Assembly (NCBI RefSeq): GCF_030028105.1
Contig: NC_092370.1
Location: 70,110,098-70,174,097, forward strand
Reading direction: 5' to 3'
Source: Mobula birostris
Lineage: Eukaryota
DNA length: 64,000 nucleotides
Both the position numbers and the translations under genes were made by a program. Numbering within the stretch: the stretch's first letter is position 1; every line of letters starts with the position of its first letter. The notes beneath the pieces were generated by a model, which was not told where the DNA came from, made no database searches, and saw nothing but the letters and a program-made list of their open reading frames with translations. Below are positions 37,501 through 49,500 of the stretch, piece by piece.

Positions 37501-40500
37501 TCCAAACCCAATCCAACTCTTCCTGTGTCCTGATGGGTGCAATCTTTCGACTGCCCGACTCGCCTTCTCTGAACCTCTGGCTGGCTAGTCTGAACAATGA
37601 GCAGCTCACTGTGTGGTAGACCTGCTGTACATGTAATTATTGCAGCCAAGAATAGTCTTACTATATTTAAAAACACATTTAACGAAGAAAAAAGCACGTT
37701 CGGTTGGTCCCTGAGAGGCTGCTACGTGTATACGCACTGCCATCTTACCAAAAGGATGTAAGTTCTAGACTAATGAACATCAAGATGTGTTCTAGATTAA
37801 ATGAATTGTGCTGTGCTAAACTATTTGATCTTTGAATTTCTCTTGTAAAATGTGAAGGAGATCCATATATAATGGATGGTTATGGGGAGAGTTTGGATCA
37901 TGTAGAGTGAGTCTAATACATAGAAGCTGAACGAAGTATATTACATAAATGTTTTGCATTTATTTCTAACACCATCACCAGCAATTTACCAAAACTAAAG
38001 TCAGTCTTAATCGGAAAAGGAACAAATGAAGTTTTGTTCTACATATACAGCTGTCAGCAATTCATTGCTGTTTAATTAGTTGCAAATGAAAATACAGTTG
38101 GCCCTCCTTATTGGCAGAGGATTGGTTCCAGGACTCCTCACGGATACCAGAAAACGCGGATGCTCAAGTCCCTTATTTAACCTGTCCAGTGCAGTGGTCT
38201 TTAGGACCCAGCAGAACCCCGGACCTTATTTAACCTGTCTTAGTGCGGTGAACTTTAGGACCCGGTGCAGTTCTGAATCCGCAGTGTTTCTGTTCATGAA
38301 AATAATCACGATCACAATTGAAAATAAAGTGGAAGTAATGAAGTGATCGGAAAGAGGTGAAACACCATTGGTCATTGGAAAAGCGTTAGGCTAAAGTCAG
38401 TCAACGATCAGAACAATTTTAATGGAGCATGTGAAAGGCTTGCCCTGATGAAAGCTACAATTATTATTAAGCAATGCAGTGATTTAATTATTGAAATACA
38501 TACGTTTCTTAAGTGTTTTATATGTATAGAAAGGTAAAATGTATATACTATATACCTAAAACAAATGTTTGACTAACTGACGCTAAATAAAACCGTATGT
38601 ACCTGTTCCGACTTCAAATCTGACTTAAAGACGGACTCAGGAACGGAACTTGTTCATAACCTGGGGACTGCCTGTATTTTTAAATCATCTCTAGATTACT
38701 TATAATACCTAATACAATGTAAATGGCTATTATAATGTAAATGACCGGGTCCAACATATTATTCCCTCACCTACCAGCCTCTGGGTCCAACATATTATTC
38801 TCCGTAACTTTCGCCACCTCCAACGGGATCCCACCACTAAGCGCATCTTTCCCTCCCCCCCCCCGCACTTTCCGCAGGGATCACTTCCTACGTGACTCCC
38901 TTGTCCATTCGTCCCTCCCATTCCCCCCCCACTGATCTCCCTCCTGGCACTTATCCTTGTAAGCGAAACAAGTGCTACACATGCCCTTACTTCCTCCCTT
39001 ACCACCATTCAGGGCCCCAGACACTCCTTCCAGGTGAGGCGACACTTCACCTGTGAGTCGGCTGGGGTGATATACTGCGTCCGGTGCTCCCGATGTGGCC
39101 TTCTATGTATTGGCGAGACCCGACACAGACTGGGAAACCGCTTTGCTGAACACCTACGCTCTGTCCGCCAGAGAAAGCAGGATCTCCCAGTGGCCACACA
39201 TTTTAATTCCTCATCCCATTCCCATTCAGACATGTCTATCCACGGCCTCCTCTACTGTAAAGATGAAGTCACACTCAGGTTGGAGGAACAACACCTTATA
39301 TTCCGTCTGGGTAGCCTCCAACCTGATGGCATGAACATTGACTTCTCTAACTTCTGCTAATGCCCCACCTCCCCCTCGTACCCCATCTGTTATTTATTTT
39401 TATACACACATTCTTTCTCTCACTTTCCTTTTTCTCCCTCTGTCCCTCTGACTATACCCCTTGCCCATCCTCTGGGTACCCCCCCCCCCGTCTTTCTCCC
39501 CGGACCTCGTGTCCCATGATCCTCTCATATCCTCTTTGCCAATCACCTGTCCAGCTCTTGGTTCCATCCTTCCCCCTCCTGTCTTCTCCTATCATTTTGG
39601 ATCTCCTCCTCCCCCTCCCACTTTCAAATCTCTTACTAACTCTTCCTTCATTTAGTCTTGACGAAGGGTCTCGGCCTGAAACGTCGACTGTACATCTTCC
39701 TAGAGATGCTGCCTGGCCTGCTGCATTCACTAGCAGCTTTGATGTGTGTTGCTTGAATTTCCAGCATCTGCAGAATTCCTGTTGTTTGCGTTTTAAAATT
39801 CACTACTGTGAAGCCTCTTCCAGTGATGCCTACATCGAAGAAGTTTAGATCCTCTCTTCGACGGGAGTTCAGTGAAACCATCTCTCACTGCTCCCCATCT
39901 GTAATATCTTTGGCTCTTCAACTTTTTGACCACGTTTTGACTCAGACTCGCTATCACAGCCATATATCCTTTCTTGGAACGTGCCTCCATCGCCAACTTA
40001 CTCCAGTTGGCTTTAGGATTCGTTTCTGAGCCTCTCAATTTGGACCTTCTGAGGATCCCAGGTACTCACATTTTATTGACTCTGCCTCTCGCCACTTCTC
40101 CAGTCAAGCTCGGAAGGCAACCCCCTCTGCCATGAGGAGGTATTTGGTGTCCCTATCCCAGACCCTTCCACACCTTCGGGACACTTCCTTCGCCGTCTGT
40201 AATGGTCCTACCCATTATTTCATCCTCCGTTGGATCCACGCCTGCAATCACCGTTTTTTTGACTTTGTCATGTTAGGCAAAGATTGCAAGATCCTACATC
40301 TGCGGACTCCAGAGCCTGCTGGCCCTGAACCTAGCAGGCACGAACTTCAGATTGCCTCTGCCATTGATCTCGCCGGCTCCAACACCTCAGGGCATATTCA
40401 AAACCCGGACTCCAGCAACCACCATGGACACCTTCAAAGCGATTTGCGCAACCACCAACTGCGACTCCAGCCTTGAACTCCAGGCCGGGTCTTTATGTGC

Positions 40501-43500
40501 TGCTACTGTGACTCCCGTCTCCCCTTCCCCCACCAATACTCTGCAGTCCCCTCTCCCCCAGATCCCATCGTCAGGTCCTGGGTACTCAGAGGCTCCATCT
40601 TCTTCTCACCCCAACCCTCCCCTCTCCACTGACACCCCCAGCCTCCCCCTTCTGATCCCAGCTCTCATCTGTGCCGGGTCTTTACCATCCCCTCCGACCT
40701 TCAGCTGTCGGAGGCAGAACGCTCTGTCCTCTGTAAGGGCCTCACCTTTGTCCCACTTCGCCCACACCTCAGCCAGTTCCGTGTTCACCATGATGCGGAA
40801 CTCTTCTTCCGCCGTCTCCGAGCCTACTTCTTCGGCAAGGACTCTTCCACCCCACCGATGACCCTTCCTTCACCTGTCTTCAACCCTCCTCTTCTTCATT
40901 GACACCCCGCTCTGGTCTTCTGCCTGCTCTGGATCTCTTTATCGCTAACTGCCGACGGGACATCAACTGTCTCGACTTCACTGCACCTTGTTCCCATTCC
41001 AACCTCACTCCTTCGGGACACTTTGCTCTCCACTCCCTCTGCACTAATCCTAACCTTATTATTAAACCCGCCGATAAGGGGGGTGCTGTTGTAGTCTGGC
41101 GTACTGACCTCTACCTTGCCGAGGCACAGCGACAACTCGCGGATACCTCTTATTTACCCCTCGATCGTGACCCCACTAAGGAGCACCAAGCCATTGTCTC
41201 CCACACCATCACCGACTTTATCCGCTCAGGGGATCTCCCATCCACTGCTACCAACCTTATAGTTCCCACACCTCGCACTTCCCGTTTCTACCTCTTACCC
41301 AAGATCCACAAACCTGCCTGTCCTGGCAGACCTATTGTCTCAGCTTGCTCCTGCCCCACCGAACTGGTTTCTGCATACCTCGACACGGCTTTATCCCCCC
41401 CTTGTTCAATCCCTTCCTACCTATGTTCGTGACACTTCTCACACTCTTAAACTTTACGATGATTTTAAGTTCCCTGGCCCCCACCACTTTATTTTCACCA
41501 TGGATGCCCGGTCGCTATATACTTCCATCCCCCATAGGAAGGTCTCAAAGCTCTCCGCTTCTTTTTGGATTCCAGACCTAATCAGTTCCCCTCTACCACC
41601 ACTCTGCTCCGTCTAGCGGAATTAGTCCTTACTCTTAATAATTTCTCCTTTAGCTCCTCCCACTTCCTCCAAACTAAAGGTGTAGCTATGGGCACCCGTA
41701 TGGGTCCTAGCTATGCCTGCCTTTTTGTTGGCTTTGTGGAACGATCTATGTTCTGTACCTATTCTGGTATCTGTCCCCCACTTTTCCTTCGCTACATCGA
41801 CGACTGCATTGGTGCTGCTTCCTGCACGCATGCTGAGCTCGTTGGCTTTATTAACTTTGCCTCCAACTTTCACCCTGCCCTCAAGTTTACCTGGTCCATT
41901 TGCGACACCTCCCGCCCCTTTCTAGATCTTTCTGTCTCTATCTCTGGAGACAGCTAATCCACTGATGTCTACTATAAGCCTACTGACTCTCACAGCTATC
42001 TGGACTATTCCTCTTCTCACCCTGTCTCTTTCAAAAACGCCATCCCCTTCTCGCAATTCCTCCGTCTCCACCGCATCTGCTCTCAGGATGAGGCTTTTCA
42101 TTCTAGGACGAGGGAGATGTCTTCATTTTTTAAAGAAAGGGGCTTCCCTTCCTCCACTATCAACTCTGCTCTTAAACGCATCTCCCCCATTTCACGTACA
42201 TCTGCTCTCACTCCATTCTCCCGTCACCCCACTAGGAATAGGGTTCCCCTGGTCCTCACCTACCACCCCACCAGCCTCCGGGTCCAACATATTATTCTCC
42301 GTAACTTCCGCCACCTCCAATGGGATCCCACCACTAAGCACATCTTTCCCTCACCCCCTCTCTGCTTTCCGCAGGGATCGCTCCCTACGCAACTCCCTTG
42401 TCCATTCGTCCCCCCCATCCCTCCCCACTGATCTCCCTCCTGGCACTTATCCGTGTAAGCGGAACAAGTGCTACACATGCCCTTACACTTCCTCCCTTAC
42501 CACCATTTGGGGCCCCAGACAGTCCTTCCAGATGAGGCGACACTTCACCTGTGAGGCAGCTGGGGTGATATACTGCGTCCGGTGCTCCTGATGTGGCCGT
42601 CTGTATATTGGCGAGACCCGACGCAGACTAGGAGACCACTTTGCTGAACACCTACGCTCTGTCCACCAGAGAAAGCAGGATCTCCCAGTGGCCACACATT
42701 TTAATTCCTCATCCCATTCCCATTCAGACATGTCTATCCACGGCCTCCTCTACTGTAAAGATGAAGCCGCACTCAGGTTGGAGGAACAACACCTTGTATT
42801 CCGTCTGGGTAGCCTCCAACCTGATGGCATGAACATTGACTTCTCTAACTTCCGCTAATGTCCCACCTCCCCGTCATACCCCATCCATTATTTATTTTTA
42901 TACACACATTCTTTCTCTCACTCTCCTTTTTCTCCCTCTGTCCCTCTGACTATACCCCTTGCCCATCCTCTGGGTTCCCCCCCCTTGTCTTTCTCCCCAG
43001 ACCTCGTGTCCCATGATCCTCTCATATCCCCTTTGCCAATCGCCTGTTCAGCTCTTGGCTCCATCCCTCCCACTCCTGTCTTCTCCTATCATTTTGGATC
43101 TCCCCCTCCCCCTCCCACTTTCAAATCTCTTACTAACTCTTCCTTCATTTAGTCCTGACGAAGGGTCTCGGCCTGAAACGTTGACTGTACATCTTCCTAG
43201 AGATGCTGCCTGGCCTGCTGCATTCACCAGCAACTGTGATGTGTGTTGCTTGAATTTCCAGCATCTGCAGAATTCCTGTTGTTTGGCTATTATACTGTAT
43301 TATTTAGGGAATAATGACAAAAAAAAATAGTCTGTGCATGCTCAAACAACGAGTGCTAGAGAGAGAACTTCTGGGTTTTCCCAGTCCACGGTTGGTTGAA
43401 TCTGTGCATGTAAAACCTGTGGATAAGAGGGCTGACTATGTAGCAAATTACAACCATATTCTTCACTTACTCTGATATGTCCAGGTTTAGTTCAGGGGGT

Positions 43501-46500
43501 TATTATACAGCAGGTCAAATCTCACCACAAGATAAATGGAGTGTATTTTTTGGCTCTTTCCTATGTGGCAATTGATCACATTGGGCTAAGTGTCAGGCAA
43601 AAGCAACAGAGACTGTAAGGTGTAGCTAATGGATGCTTACAATTGTGAGGAAGTAAAAGATTGGGTTTTGGATGGGAGGTTGTTAACTCCAGTGGTGAGG
43701 AAGGTAGAAATTATGGTAAAGAGAATTGTTCCATTGTGAAGGAAAATAAATGGTCATGATCAGCAGAAGAGAAGGCACGAGGCTCCCTTCTGGCTTTACA
43801 GACATGGACTCATGGAGTTATAGAAGTTGGTAGTGCATGTACAGATAGTTTGTGCAGTTAGAAAGGCAAGTAGTTCTTCAACTTTTATTCCAAAAGACTT
43901 TGCAATATCAACATGGGCATGTTTTGTAGAAGTGAATAGATCTTTGCTGAAGCCACAGCAATAGCATATGGTTTTGGTAGTATTATTTGAGGAAAGATGT
44001 AGTTGCCTTAGATGGAATTCAGCGAAGGTTTACTTTCCAGATTGATTTGTCAGTTTATCCTGGTGAGAAGACAGCAGGTGTGATGGGCCATTTTTTTTTG
44101 CTGGCATTCAGTAGAAGGGGATGTGATAAGTTTTAAAAACATATAATTACAAAGCTTTGGAGCTGTAGATTTTTACAGCATGGAAATAGACCCTTTACCC
44201 TGCTAAATTCATGCTGACCAATTTACACCAATCCCATTTATTATTCTTCCTGCAGTCCTATAAGTTACCCTCAGATTCTACTATCCATCTGCATGAAAGG
44301 GAGAATTTACAGTGGCCAGTTAAACTACTAACCTGCAAGTCTGGGATACGGTTGCAAATTGGAGCATCCGGGGGACATCTGCATGATCATATGGAGATTG
44401 TGCAAACTCTACACAAATGTAACTGAAGGTCAGGGCTGGCCTCATTCCAAGAGCTGAGAAGGCACCAAACTATTAGCTGCACCACTGCCGCCCAGATGAT
44501 CTTGAGGTGCTTCTTTCCCTGCTGGATAACCTAAATTAGATTAGTTTTTGTGAAACAGTGTTTCAGAATGAAGTTGATGATTTAAGAGGTGAATATGCTG
44601 TGAGTCTCTTCGAATATTCTTTCCCAGAAAACTGCAGAATCCCAGTGATTGTGCGTATCTAATTAAGATAGAAAGTGTGAGATTTCTGGGTACAAATGGC
44701 ACTTTGCAGTAATGGGTATACTGGGTGAAATTAGAACTGACAGAAATTCAGCCATGATTTCACTGTGGCGGAAGTTTGAGCTGTAGAATATGCTGGCTGC
44801 TACTTCTTCTTTCTATCTTCTTAATCTGTTCTGCCTCAATAAGTTCTTTTTTGGATGTGGTCAGTTTTGAAGATCTTGCTGTTTAAACAGACCAACATCT
44901 ATGTCACCACAGTGTTGTAGAACGTAGGTTTAATCAATCTCAGGATGTTGTGTCCCCTGACTAGAAAGGATAGGTTTTCAGATAAAGAATAATAAATGTG
45001 AGGAGAATTGTGGTTTATGTCAAACTCTTGTTTTATAATTTCTTCTTGTCATTATGCTTTCAAAAAGTACCTCTACTTTCAGATGAATTTGAGAAGTACT
45101 GTCATGAAGTAGCCAGTACAGCAGCATGGGGCGGACAACTTGAGGTAAATAAATTTAACTTTTTTTAACGCCAGATATTTTTAGATCGTATTTTGACATT
45201 TAGTTAATAACAGAAGTAAACTGTCAACACAAAGGCTAGTTTATTCTTTGGAATAATGTCCTTTGCTTGTGACTCCTTCAGAGTGGTAAACCTTTTTGTA
45301 GCAATCTGACTGGTAATAAGGAATATTTTTTAAAATGGATATGGCAGATTTGATTGACATCACAATACATTTTCTTCATGCACTTTAATTCTTTGCCACC
45401 CTAGGTTTAATATCCCTTGGAAAGGTTTCTGAACGTTATCTTGCAGCAAGCTATTTAATTTGCATTTTTAATAAAAAAAAATTAGAGTGGGGGGAAAGAT
45501 TCAGAACTTCTGAATGAATAGAATAAGGTCCTCTCAGAATTTTAACATTGCATTAAAGCAAAATAATTTGCTGTAATTATGGGTTTTTACCAGAATTTGG
45601 ATCTGTGGAATTTCTCAGGCTTGCATAAATAGGAAATGCAGCATATTTACTGGAAAAGTGAAGGAGTTGGTGTTTACATAAATTACAAAAAAATGCAGAA
45701 TGTGATTAAAAATTGAGATAGCGAGGAGATGACACTGAATTTAATTTCATGCTTCCTCTAATTTTTGTGGCAGTCTTTCAATACAGAAACAGACCGTCAT
45801 CTTATCATGTTCATGCCAGACTTCAATTTTAATCCCATTTCCCAGTCATGATGTTCTATGTGCTTAGTAGTTTGTAAATATTGTGAGAGTACTTATGGTG
45901 CCCCCCCCCGAAAGTTTTCATGTTTTATTGTTCTACAACGTTGAATTACATTGGATTTAATTTACCTTTTTTGACACTGATCAACAGAAAAATACTTTGG
46001 TGTCAAAGTGAAAGCAGATCTCTACTTCTCAAAATCAATTACAAATGTAAAACACAAAATAATTGATTGCATAAGTACTCACCCCTTAAATATGACACAC
46101 CAAATCATCACTATTACAGCCAATTGGTTTTAGATGTCACATAATTAGTTAAATGGAGATCACTTGTGTGCAGTCACGGTGTTTCAATTGATTGTAGTAA
46201 AAATAGACCTGTATCTGGAAGGTGCAAATGCTGGTGAGTCAGTATCCTGGCAAAAACTACATAATGAAGACAAAAGGAACACTCCAAGCAACTCTGAAAA
46301 TGTTATCAAAAAGCACAAGTCAGGAGATGGATACAGAACATTTCCAAGTCATTGAATATCCCTTGGAGTACAGATAAGTCAATCAGGAAATGGAAAGAAT
46401 ATGGCATAGCTGTAAATCTGCCTAGAGCAGGCCATCCTCAGAAACTGAATGACCATGCATGAAGGGAACTAGTGAGGGAAGCCACCAAGAGACCGATGAC

Positions 46501-49500
46501 AATAGGTGCAGGAGTAGGTATTTGGCCCTTTGAGCCAGCACCGCCATTCACTGTGATCATGGCTGATCATCCACAATCAGTATCCAGTTCCTGCCTTATC
46601 CCCATAATCTTTGATTCCGCTATCTTTAAGAGCTCTATCCATCTCTTTCTTGAAAGCATCCAGAGACTTGGCCTCCACTGCCTTCTGGGGCAGAGCATTC
46701 CATATATCCACCACTCTCTGGGTGAAAAAGTTTTTCCTCAACTCCGTTCTAAATGGCCTACCCCTTATTCTTAAACTGTGGCCTCTGGTTCTGGACTCAC
46801 CCATCAGCGGGAACATACTTCCTGCCTCCAGCATGTCCAATCCCTTAATAATCTTATATGTTTCAATAAGATCCCCTCTCAGCCTTCTAAATTCCAGAGT
46901 ATGCAAGCCCAGTCGCTCCAATCTTTCAACATATGACAGTCCCGCCATCCCGGGAATTAACCTCGTGAAACTACACTGCACTCCCTCAATAGCAAGAATG
47001 TCCTTCCTCAAATTTGGAGACCAAAACTGCGCACAGTACTCCAGGTGTGGTCTCACCAGGGCCCTGTACGGCTGCAGAAGAACCTCTTTGCTCTTATACT
47101 CAATTCCCCTTGTTATGAAGGCCAGCATGCCATTAGCTTTCTTCACTGCCTGCTGTACTTGCATGCTTGCTTTCAGTGACTGATGTACAAGAACACCTAG
47201 ATCTCGTTGTACTTACCCTTTTCCTAATTTGACTCCATCTAGATAATAATCTGCCTTCCTGTTCTTACCACCAAAGTGGATAACCTCACATTTATCCTCA
47301 TTAAACTGCATCTGCCCACTCACCCAGCCTGTCCAAGTCACCCTGCATTCTCATAATATCCTCCTCAGATTTCACACTGCCACCCAGCTTTGTGTCATCA
47401 GCAAATTTGCTAATGTTACTTTTAATTCCCTCATCTAAATCATTAATATATATTGTAAACAGCTGCGGTCTCAGCACTGAACCCTGCAGTACCCCACTGG
47501 TCACTGCCTGCCATTCTGCAGGGGACCCGTTAATCGCTACTCTTTGTTTTCTGTCAGCCAGCCAATTTTCAATCCATGTCAGTACTCTGCCCCCAATACC
47601 ATGTGCCCCCAACACTGGAGGAGTTACAAGCTTCATTGGCTGATATGGGAGAGACTGTGCATACACAAATGTTGCCCTGGTGCTTCACCAGTTGCAGCTT
47701 TATGGGAGATTGACAAAGAGAACGCCACTGTTGGGGAAAAAATGTCACATGAAATCTTGGCTAGAGTTTTCATAAGGCACGTGGGAAACTCTGAAGTAAG
47801 CTGGAAGAAGGTTCTATGGTCTGATTAAACCACAATTGAGCTTTTTGACCATCAGACTAAACACTATGTTTAGCGTAAGCCAGACACCACACATCATCAA
47901 AAAGACATCATCCTTGCCGTGAGTACGGTGGTGGCTGCATCATGCTGTAGGGATGCTTCACGGCAGCAGGTCCTGGAAGGCTTATGAAGGTAGAAGATAA
48001 AATGGATGCAGCAAAATACAGGGAAATCCTGAAGGAAAACCTGATGCAGTCTTCAAGAGAATTGTAATTTGGGAGAAGATTTGTTTTCCAGCAAGACAAT
48101 AACCCCAAGCATAAAGCCAAAGCTGCGCAGAAATGGCTTATAAACAACAAAATTAATGTCCTGGAGTGGCCAAGTCAGAGTCCAGATCTCATTCCAATTG
48201 AGAATTTGTGGCTGGACTTGAAAAGGGCTGTTCACTCACAGTACCCATGTAGTCTGACTGAGCTTGAGCAGTTTTGTAAGGAAGAATGGGAAAAAATTGC
48301 AATGTCCAGATGTGCAAAGGTGATAGAGACTTAAGGCTGTAATTGCTGCCAAAGGTGCATCTACTAAATACAGTCTTGAAGGGGGTGAGTAATTATGAAC
48401 TCAATTATTTTGTTTAAGAATTGTATTAAATTTAGACCAATTTGTAGAAAGTTGTTTTCATTTTGACACAAAAGAGCTTTCTGTTGATCAGTGTCAAAAA
48501 AGCCAAATTAAATCCACCGTGATTCAATGTTGTAAAACAATCAAATATGAAAACTTCTGGGGAGGGGTGAATGCTTTTATAGGCACTGTAACTCCACTAC
48601 CCTTTCATTGCAGTGCAGTCCTTCAGCCACTCACTGGAAAGAAAAAAAACCTTCCTCACAAATCTCCTTCTTCTCCCGACCCTTGCATTAAACATTCTTA
48701 CTGGCTACAAACACAATATGTTATTTTTCTTACAATGCAGGAGGAGGCCATTCAGCTGTTTATGCTGACTCTGATTAATACTATTCCATAACTTATTTCC
48801 CTGCAGTCTTTTCTTTCCCATTTTGCATATTAATTTTCTCTACCACAGTTCACAATGGGGATAATTTGCGTTAGTCAGTTAATTACCAAACCCATGGGAA
48901 GTTGTGGGAAGAATGTGCAAACTCTGCACACATACAGCAGAGGTTGGGATTAAACACAGGTTGCTGGGGCTGCGAGGCAGTAGCTCTGTCTGCTGTGTTA
49001 TGCTGCTTTAAGTTCCTGTGCTAATGCAAAAAAATTCTCACTATCCTATTTTTGCCTGTCATAATGTGTGCAATTCCACCTCCCCGCCCCTCCAACCTCC
49101 TGACTTTCACCAAAAAGAAAACAAATCCAGCCTATCCAGTTTCTCTTCATTAACTGAAACATTCCATGCAGTATGTTGTTCAAGTTCATTGTCAGCTGAC
49201 AGCACACGTATACAACCAAACAAAACAAAGTTTCTCTGTACCACAATGCAACCACAATAGATATATCTCTCAATGAACTTAAAACAAAATATTACCATGA
49301 ATGAATTATAATATAATTCAAAATGCATGTAGTGCATAGCACAGGTAAACAGCTTGCTGTCCTCTTGATAAGACCTCTGTGATGGCAGGGTATTCGTTAG
49401 TCTCACAGCCTGGGAGAAGAAGCTGTTACCTAATCTGGCTGTCCTAATCCTTATGCTACTGTACCCCACTTCCTGTTGGTAGAGGGTCAGAGAGATTGTG

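Larger units (their letters stand above)
38744..43283 (+). mobile_element. Near full-length Penelope-like retroelement (Neptune type) in partial-tandem arrangement
   Basis: An upstream copy of the EN+pLTR region (38744-39783) precedes a full body (39790-43283). Flanked by the 11-bp duplication TGGCTATTATA (38724-38734 and 43284-43294). Confidence 0.9.
38095..43438 (+). mobile_element. MER2/Tigger-like (pogo) DNA transposon composite, interrupted by a PLE
   Basis: Starts TA|CAGTTGGCCCTCCTTAT and ends GGATAAGAGGGCTGACTA (imperfect TIRs). Contains a Tigger N-terminal HTH remnant ([24 protein letters not shown]) and a second Tigger-like end (CCTGGGGACTGCCTG|TA, ~38674). Confidence 0.7.
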
